A program made the position numbers and the translations under genes. A DNA stretch of 64,000 bases from the NCBI GenBank assembly GCA_002633005.1, contig NMRA01000106.1, positions 167,655-231,654 on the forward strand, written 5' to 3'. Within the stretch, counting starts at the first letter, position 1. The number at the start of each line of letters is the position of its first letter. Shown here piece by piece: positions 1 to 11,729 of the stretch. Origin of the DNA: Phoronis australis. Lineage: Eukaryota; Animalia; Phoronida. The notes under the pieces are model-generated. The model had not been told where the DNA came from, did no database searches, and saw nothing but the letters and a program-made list of their open reading frames with translations.

Positions 1-352
1 GATATTTGAAGATACACCATCTCTATACCCATGGCAGTGGAAGTTAAATAAAGTTTCAATTGCCGTAGAAATGTCAAATTACATCAGTGCACAATATTGT
101 GAACTTCCAACAGCCAATTTCTGCAGGTAATAACAGTGTCAATTATGATATACCCAGCTTCTCAAAAGAAGAGTTATCAACTTGTGTTTTGCGGGCACTT
201 ATAAAGCAGATCTCTTTTAACAGAGGAGAGCTAAATAGGTCAGATGGAGTTGCCATCTGGCAGGCACCAAGAGAGTTAGTGGTAGTGACAACGGACACCT
301 CTACACCGACAGCTAGGCGAGAGTGGTGTGAGTGCGGATAGTACGAGATTAC

Positions 353-489
353 CGTCTATGTTCAACATCATTTTCCGCCAGCTTGGTCGGATGCTCTGGT
401 GGAAGCCGAACCACACTTCACGGCCACCACCAAGTGGATGGTAGTAGTTGTCTGGTGGTGAGAAGAACGATCGACCAACTGGTGTGTAG
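353..489 (-). CDS. AGO2: Argonaute L1 exon copy B (137 nt, phase 2 to 1)
   Basis: Acceptor ttttattctcctcttatctag and donor G|GTAATC. Encodes (N)[45 protein letters not shown] with no stops. Confidence 0.9.
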
Positions 490-3400
490 CTAGATAAGAG
501 GAGAATAAAAAATGCAGGCAATTAATAGCAGGCAACAAGCGATGAAGCTTACCGTCAATGTTCAGCATCATTTTCCAATGGGACGGCCGGACGCTCTGGT
601 GAAAGCCAAACCAGACCTCGCGCCCACCTCCCAGCGGGTGGTCATAGTTGTCCGGAGGTGAGAAGAATGAACGGCCAACAGGGGTGTACCTGGTTGCAGA
701 CGGAAAAAATAACAGAAGTTTTGTGGGTTAGCAGTCACATGACACAGCACCTCACAGCAGGACGCTGCTTAGTCACACAGACGTTCAGCAAATAGGCCAC
801 ACAGAAGAACACCGACGCAGAATTTTAAACGCTTAGTTAATGAATAAAACGAAATTGAAAAGTGAACCCCAATCAGCTTGTTGCCACAAAGATGAATTCC
901 TGGACTGAAAACATACTAGAGAAATGTTACAAAATGTCATGAATTACGATAAAAATTAAGGGACAACAAAGACCGCTTCTTTCCAGTAACTGTGAACTCC
1001 TAACGAAGGGATACTGGGCTCTTGTCATCAACTCAAAATAACAAATCAAGATCAAGGTCATCATTTGTCAATGGAAGATGTGATATTTGCAAGCTTTAAA
1101 AGTCTCTGTTATCGTACCTGTTCAGCAAATATATCACTAAACATCAATCCCTTGTTTTGAATAGTGCTCCAGTAATCCACCAAAAATCTGCTTCATAACC
1201 CATGTGCTTCCAGACAACCATGGAAAGATACCAAGGAAGGTCTATCAAGAACACCAGACACAATAACTTGACACTGTAAAGACTGACTACTACTGCTATT
1301 AATTTGTTTTTGAACGGATGGCCATTTTCATGTACATGAGGGCAAAGGGAGTGTAACAAGATCTGCATATTTACTTCATGCTGGGAAGATGGCGCATGAT
1401 GACGTCGAGAGCCTGTGTAGCATCAAAGGGTATCTGGCTGACATTCCCCTCAAGAGCCTCGTCGAGGGCATACAAGCTGACCTCGGAGACCCATTTGATG
1501 GAAACTTTGAACACGCGGTCCCGTCCTTCGCCAGGCAGCGTCACTTCTAGGTCCACCTAGAGAAAGAATCGACAACTAAATCACATTCAAATGAAAACAG
1601 TTTTAAAGCAATTCCAATGCGTGTTATCCAGCCTGTGCACAGTTTGGTTACTAGAGCATGCAGTCAATGACTTATTTGACGGCAATGACAGTTCCTTATG
1701 GCTTGAGATCAGGCAGGATACATGGGCTTGCCATGGACAGTCATTTTATGCACTGAGCACGGTTTCAAGCTCTAACCAACCACCAGTTGTTGCCTAGCTC
1801 AGTAATATTTTTTAACCAGAGTAAGGAACAAGTTCAGAACAATTTTATATCTAAGTTTGTAATCTTTGGAGACCAATGGCCAGTTATTGCCACTATATGC
1901 GGAACAAGCTCCACCTGGTGGCAAATCTACTCCATGTTTCAAACACAAACTGTTCATGCACTGCACCCTAATAGGAATACACACAGTAACTGTAACAAAT
2001 ACTGCAATCACCAACCTGGATTACATAAAAAATCCAAAAAAAAATTATGCATTACTTTAGTCCACACCTACCTTTTCCTTCTGAATAGGCAGTGGATCCC
2101 TGCTATAAAGGTTCTTGCGTCCGTCGAACACCGGCTTCTGACCAGCAAAAATTTTCTGAGAGTAGCACTGTACCATAGTATCAATGATCTCTCTGGAAAA
2201 AAGCAATAAACATGTGACACAAGTTTATAAGCACCACACAGCCAACATGGAGTTCACCTAGTTGAAATTCATGGTGAAGAGTTAGTGATGCAGACTGTGT
2301 AAGACAGGAGACCAGGTGGCAGTTGACAGCCCACATTTCCTGCTGCATACTATATTACTAATGGGATGTTTTGCCATGATGAGGAAAAAGTCATTTTTAG
2401 TAATCTCCCGTTCTCCCACACTAAAATATGGCTGTTAAAAAAAGGTTACAGTTCTCATCCACATTATGACAACAGGTAAAAATAGCAAAAAAATTGTCTT
2501 CGACTCAGTTAGTTGTGAAAATCAGACTTAAGACAAAGAACAAATTGGCACAAGGTCCATAAAAGGAACCCCATTTGGGCTGTGAGTGACCAAAAACTTA
2601 GATTAGACAGAAGATCACTTGTACTGATTAATTAAACTAAAGATTTATTAAATAACTTGCTCTTGCCTTTATCAACGGATAACTGTATATCCTTAAACAT
2701 GACTACACTTAGTACACTATACTTTTAAATACATAAGACTACAATATACTCAAACTTCGTGACTTCTCACAAAACTTTTAGCATGACTTCACATCCAACT
2801 AAAAACAAGTATATATCCTTGGAATCCTCAAAGACAGAAACAATTTATCAAGAATGTCACATTTTCGTTTATAATAAATCGAATCGACTGACACTTTTGT
2901 GAACTGAATATTGTCATTTTGGCTTTAAACACAAAATTCTAATATAGCCTGAACACAAGATTACTTTATGTTGAGCTATGTATCCTTACATAACTTTATT
3001 ATGCAGTGAACCGTGACACAGATTTCTGATTTACCCCCAAACAACAGAGATAACAGCTATCAAAGTCCCTTTTAAAACAATGCCCCAATCATTGCTGCTA
3101 AAGAGAAACAAATATCCAAAGCTACTAAAAGCATTGATAATGAAAGTGTTTGAAACCCAAGTGAAATTTACCCTGGTCAACCTTGATGAACATTGTAACT
3201 GTGATAGGTATGACAGAGAAAATGCAACAGAAGTACAATACGCACAAAAACCATTTTTCCACTATACATGATTATCAACCTTAACCAATAAGCAACCATC
3301 TAAAGTTGCTTTTCACCCTGGTTAGGCATTTTACTCTAATCAAATTGGTTTCACAATATTCTTAGCCAGTTACCAACTCAAGTCACAGGTAATGTGTACA

Positions 3401-6400
3401 TGTGCAATTTTCAAATTCACAATTGTAACTCTGAAAAGTTTTCTTGAGTTGCTAATGGTTGCTATGTTCTTGTTGGTAACCACAACAGAATCACATCACA
3501 ATAAATAACTCCCCCTCCCCTTCCCCCAGATTCGATTTTCTTTTTAGCCACCTAAACATGACGAAATGCAGCTATAAACTGTCACATGCTGGGTGAAAAT
3601 CAATGGGTAGAGTCAAGACAGGTGATAGCTGGGTAAAAACACCAGCATTATACTAAGTGAGCATCCACCTGATAACAGTGAACCACTGACCTTTGAAAAA
3701 CAATGAACAGTCAATACAGTAATACCGTAGTGTACTGTAAACTACTGGATATAGGCCTTGGTCGCTCAACTCAGAGATGGGCACTTACAGGAATTTTTTA
3801 AAAAAATCAGGGTTGGGGCTCATCTGCACGAGCGAGCGTTTAACCTGAGCTGGACAGTTGCCCTGGTCACCTATCAGGTTCAACATAGAAGTCCACAGAT
3901 ATAAAGTTCCAAGAATATGTCCCAAAGCCAGTAGTCGACATTTAAGTTGAATCACTGCTCCCTAGCAGACACCAATATTAAACTAAGTATCCAACTTGAA
4001 GTAAGGCACAATAAATACTGGCCCTACACATGAATGTTGTCAATGTCATTAAGAAGCAATGTTAGATTAATTTACAGTAAGTGCAAATCCTCTCCTCTTT
4101 GTTTGCAGTTTACATTTTGCTACTAGAGCTACTGAAAAACTTCAGCTCAACATTTATTCCAGGTTTCCGCATTTGAAAACATGTCTTAATATTATTAAGA
4201 TCAAATGAGTCAAGCAAACAATTATAGACGCACCTTTAATAGGAATTTATCAAAGGTGGAGAGTTGACTCTTGGCCAAGCAGTGGATGCATAATTAGAAA
4301 ATTTCCAAAAGTAGAATTAAGGCGCTTAGATGAGCATGGGTATTAAGCCCAATGTTTACGGTGACTTAATATTGACAAGATAATATACCATTATACCTTG
4401 ACCTTGACAGAAGCAACAGAATTAGTGGTGATAAGAAAAACTGAAAATGATAATCATTTTTAACACACTGTAGTGATTACGCTCATCATATCATTTTTAT
4501 AAGCACTCAATTAAAAACAATTCATCATCCCAAAAGACAAATGAAATGTAAAATGAGGATTTCCGATGGTTTGGACAGGATCTCAATTACTTAGCTATAA
4601 TGCTAATGGACTGTCAACCCACACATGTAGTGGATGACATCATAGGCAGCACTAGATTGAATGACACAACTCTAACAAAAACTGAGAGATGACAAATTTG
4701 TTCCACAACCAGAACTATCACAAATCAAATAGAGGTTGCAATGCCGTGCAGTTACCGAGGAATAAAAATATAAAATAGTAAAACTAGTAAAACTAAAATG
4801 ACGAGCGTCGGTACTAAAACATATTAAAATATCCCCACGTATCGAGCAGTGCGATCTTTCTCAAGGGTGTGCTACAGTACTAGTACAAGTACACCAGAGC
4901 AACACTGTGAAGGATTACAACTAACAACAAACCACTTTTCCTGATATAATAACTAGCAACTTAAGAAAACTGATGGTTTGGAAAACCTCACAAATGTCTC
5001 GGGTTTCCCCTAATGTTCACACCTCCAGGTATTCAAAAGTGATTTAGAACTAAAATTTAATTGTTTAATTAAAAGTGCAGCATAGAGTTATTCCTTTCTT
5101 CCTGCCGGAGTAGTCAGACCACCTGTGCAAAAATCAACATTGGTTGTGCTGTTGTCAGTCGGAAAACACCAGCCCATTTTCTTATCCCTTTAGCAGTTTC
5201 GGGCACCAACAAGTTAACATTACAGACACTAAAATAGTTTAAAACTGTCTGCAAGGTGGCAGAACATGTTTAACACGTCTGAAAACAGGAAGGTCTTGCC
5301 ATTTGCTTAACTGAAACCTATTTGCCTAATTTAATGAAAATCTGTCAAGGATCTCCCGACGACACAGAGGTAAATGTAAAAACTAAAATTCCTACTTCTA
5401 GGGGACAAATCGGCAGTCAAATGCATCTGAAAGTAGTTATCACACCAAGATCTTGCAAAGGGTTAAGGAAATACAGCCACGGACGAAAAAAACCCCACAA
5501 AACTGCCACTAGGGGTGCCACAGTAGCTAGACCCATCCAAAATAATGGTCATTTCTGCAGAAAGTCATCTGCAACAATCATAATGATCCTTCAAATAGTT
5601 TGATAAATGCGGGATGCCAAAAACATTCTTAAATACTAAAAATGGCCACGGAGTGTAGTCTCCTTAATAAAATCCTATTCATTTAGTCAAACTGCATGTA
5701 AACCCATTAAAGAACTCTGAAAAACAGAAACAAACATCGAAATAGTAAAAATGACACAGGAGGGCACAGCAGTAGTTTGATGCAAATAAAAGTCGTCACC
5801 ATCTGACATCATCGCCATAAAAACACGTCTACCACCTTTCAGGGGGATCCCTTCATGGGAGTTGGAAGATGCAGCTGCGGAAGACCAGACAGAGTTGACA
5901 GCAATATGCACCCACATTATTAGAAAATTCAGGACAGAGGACAGGAAAGCAGGAGAATTACTGTGATTATGGAGTCAGCTCAGGGAATTGGGAGAGGAAA
6001 CAATGGGCTAAGAAGGTAATTACACAAAATTGAGAAATCACAATCCCAGCAGATCGGAAACATAATTATTACTATGACAACCATGACACCTCTGTTCATT
6101 AAATGTCACACAAGAGTTGCCATACATAACTTCCATAACTGGACTAATAAGTAACTTTATGAAACATGATATGCCAACAGATGTGATCCCAGCAGGAAAA
6201 AATTCTGCAAGTACCCACAGAAACTCCACTGTATTTTGCAAGGTTTCCAAACCCATTGTGCCAGGCACACTTAGTATATAAAAGTCAGCCTAAAAGTGTT
6301 TGGACAATGAAAACTAATCCACTCCTGTGAGATTCTAACAATAATAATAATAATAATAATAGTAACCTTGTAAGGGATTTGAAAGGTGAACGAAGTAAAT

Positions 6401-9400
6401 TCACTTTCATAATTTAGATTAACAAGAAATCCAAGCAATAATTGTTCATTCAAATAAAGTTGACCTAGTTTCTCGCACTTTGAGAACCAGTTTTCTCCAC
6501 TCAACAATGGCAATCAACCTGGTTACCAAAATGTGGGACTCCTGTAAATAACTATTGCCCAAGGAGTTTTACAGCCTCTATTTCATTTTTATGCGCCCAC
6601 ATATTTATATGTGGTCACATATTGCCGTCATCTCTGTCTGGGCATCCGGCGCAGGCAGCTGTATCTCCTAAACCCCTCACAGGATCTCAATGAGATTTGA
6701 CAGATGTGTTCGATGGATGACAACAAATTTTGGACCTCTCCAACTACCGGTGTGCCATCTAGTGGCACTTTTAATTTTTTAACTTTTCCTCTGTATCTTT
6801 GGAGGTCCTCATCTGATTTTTGTAAACTTTGGCAGTTAGTTATCTATTGGTGAGATGATGCCAGCCTCCCATTTTCGAACGGATTCGATGTACTTTGCAC
6901 CACCTGACCTAGTGCCCATTTTTACCGTCTTAATCCGCCCTTCTATCAACCAAACAGCTCTGGGTAGGATTTTGAAAATTATATGTTTTTACTGTGAAGA
7001 GGGTGGCTGGCGACAATTTTCTGACGACTTCGACAGTGACGCCTCCTACCAGCAGTTTCGTTTTTTTTTGCGCCCATGGCTGTTTCTCCTAAACCGTTTG
7101 CAGGATCTTTTACCAATCGTAGCAGGTATATTTATGTGATATTGACAATGGATGACGATGACTTTCGCATGGATTGGACTATGGTTGCACCCCCTAGTGG
7201 CAATTTCAGTTTCTTACGTTTACCTCTGTATCTTCAAAGGTCCTAAATGGATTTTTTGTAAACTTTGGCAGATAAGCATCTATTGAGATGATGCTATCCT
7301 CCTGTTTTCAGATGTATTCCAGACAATTTGCGCCATCTAGTGGACATTTTTACTGTTTTCAAGTCTGTTTCAACCAGTGAAAGTTGTCATGCATGTTCTT
7401 ACTAAGAGGGGAATGGCTCACGAAGGTTTTCTGACGACTTTAACTACTGTGGTGCCACCTAGAGGCAGTTTTGTTTTTTGTGCCCATGGCTATATCTCCT
7501 AAACCATTGACAGGATCTTTATTATATTTAGCAAGTGTATTTATATGGTGTCCACCTCTCTATCAACCAAACCATTCTAAGGATGATTTTGAAAATTGTC
7601 GTATATGTTCTCCGAGTGATGAGGAGGGTTGACGATGACGACTTTGAATACTGTGGCACCTCCTAGTGGTAGTTTTGTATTGCGCCCATAGCTGAATCTC
7701 CTAAACCTACAGCAGGATCTTTATTAAACTTAGTAAGTGTATTTATATGAAGCTAAGGATAGACGCCAACTTTCAGGCGGACGCTGTGCCCCTTTGTGGC
7801 AATTTCTTTTCTTTCGTTTTCCTGTGTTTCTCTGAAGTTCCTTGACAGATTTTTAAAAAATTTAGTGAATAGCTTTCTATTAAAGAAGTCGTGGCATGTT
7901 CCGTTTTCAGATGGATTGGATGTTTTGCGCCATCTAGTGGCCATTTTTAGGATACAAGTAAACAACTTTAGAAACACACATTTTGTGGTGCATTTGTGGG
8001 TGCATTTCAACGCTCTTGGTTGCTCTTGTTATTTTCACAGTTGTCCTGACCTCAATCTGAAAGCGTTGTTTTTCGGAGACCCTGTGTTTATCAATTAGCC
8101 CAAAACTACAATGACAAAGACACCTAGCGTTTATTAACATCTGAAGTTAAGGTATCCTTAAGGCTCCTCTATAAGAAAGCTGGCTTCTTATAGTAGCTTA
8201 ATCCCATAAGAGTTACTGCAAACACTAGAAGGGATAACTTGACATCCTATTTACCGCACCATACATCGACTTTACGATTGGTATTAGAAGTCAGGCATCC
8301 CCTAAACTTACCGGTTTACTCTCCTTGGACATTTGTCTGGTGTGATTGAGATGTCATAGTGATGGATGATTCCTTTAGGCATGCGTACCATGAAGTGGTT
8401 CGCCCGCAGGGAGATGGTGCGGCCCTCTTGACCAAAGTCTGGTCGGCGGGGACATTCCAAAGGCCGTGGAGCTGCAACTTGAACCACAAAAATATGTAAG
8501 CACTTCAAGCTATTTGGGAAGTAAATCAATGATGTACATGATCCATGAAATTACCTGTTAATGTTGATACATTTCCCAGGGATTTCCAATGAGCTCCAAG
8601 AATATCAGTATGTTATTTTATACGACATACTCTTAAGAAATGGCATGAGCAATAATTCCATTTTAGGCCTCAGAAGTGGGTTTCTCCTATAGTAACATAG
8701 AGGGCCATACCCAAAGTGACAGAAAAGCGGGGCCCTCAATATTAAAGTAGGAAAGGGGCACTTTTGAAGCTCGGAATTGAATTTCCTGCCTAAGTCAATT
8801 TTATACTGTTGAATGACCCTCTTGGAATGAGGTTCAAAAACGTTACATGGAGCTTTTCCAGGTTTGTGCATGTCTTGCACACAGTGTTCTCCACAACAAA
8901 AATTCGACGCAAATATTTTCGTTAGTAGTGATCACTGTTCATTCCCTGACAACATGGTTAAAATAACATTGCTGGCTAGTCAATTATTAAGGTAAGGTAC
9001 CTGACACCATAAAATTATGTTAGAAAAAGAATTTCTTTAGATTTTTTAGCAATAATTTACACTCCATTATTACAAAAATTAGGTCATATATGTATTAGGA
9101 ACTATGGCTGATGTTGGCTACTTCACCCTCATTGTTGATTCTGAGGGCAAAAGTGCCAAGCCAGCCGAAGTTTTAACTTGTCACGCCACTTTTCAAGCTC
9201 GACGCGTATTCTCCAAACTCGACGCAGCAAAATTTAAACTCGTTGCCGCGTCGAGTCAAAACTGGCCATGGAGAACACTGCTTGCACATGGAACATATAA
9301 CATTTATATCATTAAAAGGACCGTTGAAATAAATTATTGTTTTTCAATCAGGCACAATGGCCAGAAATAACAGATTATGAAAGAGTCCCAATGGGACAGT

Positions 9401-11729
9401 GTTCTGCACGACTGGACTTGACTGATCACGGTAACAAGTTTTGATTTTTCTGTTACGAGTTTGGCTCATCTGCGTCGAAAAAACAATGGAACAACTTTTA
9501 ACTTGTAGGAAATTAGTTATAAATTTCGTAACCGAAACCAGTCATTATGGACATTGGGCACCAGCCCAGCACACCGATTCCAAGAATGTATGCGTACAAA
9601 CCCCTCACAGCCATGGACACGGACATTCAAACATGTTCATGAATTTTTTAATTTTGGTAGAGTTAATTTTCAGTGGTGGAGAGCAGTGAATGTAAGTTTA
9701 CCTTGAGTTGAAACCAAGCTTGTTTTGTTGCATGAGTTACTAAATAAAACTTTCAAAGTGACAAATGTCAATTTCGGATGTAGATATCCAAAATCTCTTT
9801 TGGCAGGTTCAATTAGAAGCAAGTAAGAGGCAGGGAACATAGATAAGAGGAATTTGATTAACTGATAAAAAATGGTTTGAGTTCAATCTGGAATCAGTAT
9901 AGAGGTGATTTCCATTGGTACTCACCTTGCTGCTGCTGCTGTTGCTGCTGCGGCGACCCAAGGACATAAGAGGGTGCACTGGTATCAAAGACAATGTCTG
10001 AAAATAAAGAGGGCAAATTGATCATCCATACAGGCAAGAACAACTGAAATTATGGTTAAAAAGGCTTCTGAATGCACACAGTGCCAAAATTGCAATATTC
10101 TCATTTTCAAAAGCAGATTACTTCACTGCAAATAATAAAATAACCAAATGTTACTTGGTAACAACTACACAGCACAGAAGACGTTAAAAATGAACTAGAA
10201 TTTCCTTAACCATTTGTTGATAAATTTGACAACAAAAAAATTTCACCAGTCCGCCACACATCATGTGAAGACTCACCATACCTTCCATTTCTTCCCACGA
10301 AATATGTATTCAGGCACCGAGAATAACTTTCATTAGTTTCACAATTATTCGTATGCTACCACAAAAAATCATTCCAGCTCAAGGGCACAGTCAAGTGTTA
10401 ATTTAATCAAGGTTAATAAAACATGTTTGGTAATCCACAAGTTTGAGAGCAAAGCTTTAGCAACAATGTGAATCCATGGTTATCCGAGAGAGACATTTTT
10501 TAATGTTATCACCGTTCCTTTGCTGGGTATTTACGGTACTATCTGTGGAACACAAGTGAAAGACCGATATACAGCTCGGCAAAAGGCCTACATCATTGTG
10601 CATCTCCTTTTACGGAGCAAAGAAGAATGGCCAAAACACACATTATTCAACAGAGAGTATATAATTGAGTTTGCCCAATGAAGTTAGAACCATGTCTGGG
10701 CCAGTCATGTCACTTTAGTATAAACTTGCCAAGAGAACACCAGTTAACACAGAAAAATGTATACACCCAAGACAAACAGATCCTTGTATTTTAATTAAAC
10801 GCGAAGCACTAAAAATGATTGGGCTCACCCTCATTGAAAGAGCACTACTCCTAATGGGGACACTGGATAAACGAAACATCAGCCAAGTTCAATATCTTCT
10901 GACAAATGCTAATCAATTAAAATTTTGGTAGCCCTTGGATGTAACAGTATCCAATATTCTACTAAATAATCAGCATTATTAAGTCCAAGTAATTGGTTCT
11001 TATTACTTCTCAAAGTATGAGACCATTGCATCTCGTTTATCATTTGTGTTTCAGCCAGTAGGTGTGAAGCAAATGTCCATAAAATACCTCATCAAATAGT
11101 GAAACTATGTTCCTGCCGAACTTTTGTTTTAATTTGAAAATTAAATGACTAATAGTATAGGTGGTTCCCCGATTTAAAAATGATTTGTGAATCAGTTACT
11201 CCCACTAAAATAAATAACAGGCTGATCAGGCATTATTCAATGGAAGAACACCTATCCGACAATTACCCGAATAAATAACAATGGCTGCGCTCTGGGCTGA
11301 CGTCTGCCAGTACCTTCAGGTTAACATTTCTACATGATTTAGTTTGATATTGAAGAAGACATGGTTAGACAGTATACTGGGAAAACTCGTTTGTTCAATT
11401 CTCTGGAATTCCTCAGGCTAAGTCAATGTCGTCCAATTGTTGGAATGTTGAAACACACAACTTGATATTTTGACACATGCTACGTTTTTGAGAAAAAATA
11501 TAAATACTACATAAAAATCCATTCTTGGCTTTTCAAACACGTCTTCAAAGTATGACAACGTAATTTGCTGTTCTGTTTTAGCAAAAGTTAAATTCTTTAT
11601 TCTTCGACTGAAATCGACACCCTGACCCTCCTTAGCAAACTCGGTTACGAAGCAATTTCACACACACGCAAGTCATAAAATGTATTCCTATTGGGGACAA
11701 TACTTACTTGTATTCATAAAGTTCATCAT
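353..11729 (-). CDS. AGO2: Argonaute protein, miRNA-class (AGO1/AGO2-like); 5' portion only (N domain and L1), gene continues beyond the left edge
   Basis: Phase-compatible GT-AG exons: 11729-11708 (putative first), 9997-9926, 8477 or 8471-8312, 2192-2072, 1556-1375, then 689-553 or 489-353. The peptides [76 protein letters not shown] and YTPVGRSFF...[24 protein letters not shown] are diagnostic of animal AGO-clade Argonautes. The symbol is family-level; orthology to a specific vertebrate paralog cannot be set. Confidence 0.95.
553..689 (-). CDS. AGO2: Argonaute L1 exon copy A (137 nt, phase 2 to 1)
   Basis: Acceptor ttttttccgtctgcaaccag, branch-like GCTAAC about 40 nt upstream, donor G|GTAAGC. 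Encodes (K)[45 protein letters not shown]. Confidence 0.93.
1375..1556 (-). CDS. AGO2: Argonaute N-domain exon (182 nt)
   Basis: ctag|GTG GAC ... ATG AA|GTAAAT. Encodes [22 protein letters not shown]...[13 protein letters not shown]. Confidence 0.95.
2072..2192 (-). CDS. AGO2: Argonaute N-domain exon (121 nt)
   Basis: ttttccag|A GAG ATC ... AAG|GTAGGT. Encodes [40 protein letters not shown]. Not in the ORF track; read from the reverse strand. Confidence 0.93.
6586..8030. mobile_element. Non-autonomous Helentron-type (HINE/DINE-like) element with internal degenerate tandem repeats, in an Argonaute intron
   Basis: Starts TTTTTATGCGCCCAC, with a near-inverted copy GTGGGTGCAT at about 7996 followed by a short hairpin and ctcttgtt. 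Internal repeated modules include tctcctaaacc...caggatct, aaactttggcag, ctatcaaccaaa and GYGCC.YCTAGTGG. Confidence 0.65.
8312..8477 (-). CDS. AGO2: Argonaute N-terminal exon
   Basis: Encodes [27 protein letters not shown]...[10 protein letters not shown], donor CG|GTAAGT. Two in-phase acceptors 6 nt apart give an exon start at 8477 or 8471. Confidence 0.92.
8882..9280. mobile_element. hAT-like MITE (TIR CAGTGTTCTCCA) with 8-bp target-site duplication
   Basis: CAGTGTTCTCCA...TGGAGAACACTG flanked by CTTGCACA on both sides (8874-8881, 9281-9288), with subterminal CTCGACGC repeats. Confidence 0.85.
9397..9688. mobile_element. Degenerate MITE of the CAGTGTTCTCCA family
   Basis: cagtgttctgcac...gtggagagcagtg; its right end matches the copy at 16422-16676. 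Confidence 0.6.
9926..9997 (-). CDS. AGO2: Putative Argonaute N-terminal poly-Q exon (72 nt, symmetric phase 1)
   Basis: tttattttcag|AC ATT ... CAA G|GTGAGT. Encodes [23 protein letters not shown] and is in phase with its neighbours. Confidence 0.75.
11708..11729 (-). CDS. AGO2: Putative first coding exon of Argonaute (22 coding nt)
   Basis: ATG ATG AAC TTT ATG AAT ACA A|GTAAGTA: strong phase-1 donor, downstream of a CpG-richer region with a YY1-like motif. No homology support. Confidence 0.55.

Noticed and set aside
353-689. Duplicated Argonaute exon as an assembly or haplotype artefact
   Set aside because: The copies differ at about half of their codons, almost all synonymously, and their flanking introns are unrelated; alleles or mis-joins would be near-identical.
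5836-5874. Possible 39-nt poison microexon in the long Argonaute intron (ttccgcag|CTGCATC...GAAAG|GTGGTA, in-frame TGA)
   Set aside because: The donor is weak and such matches arise by chance in a 6-kb intron; unsupported without RNA data.
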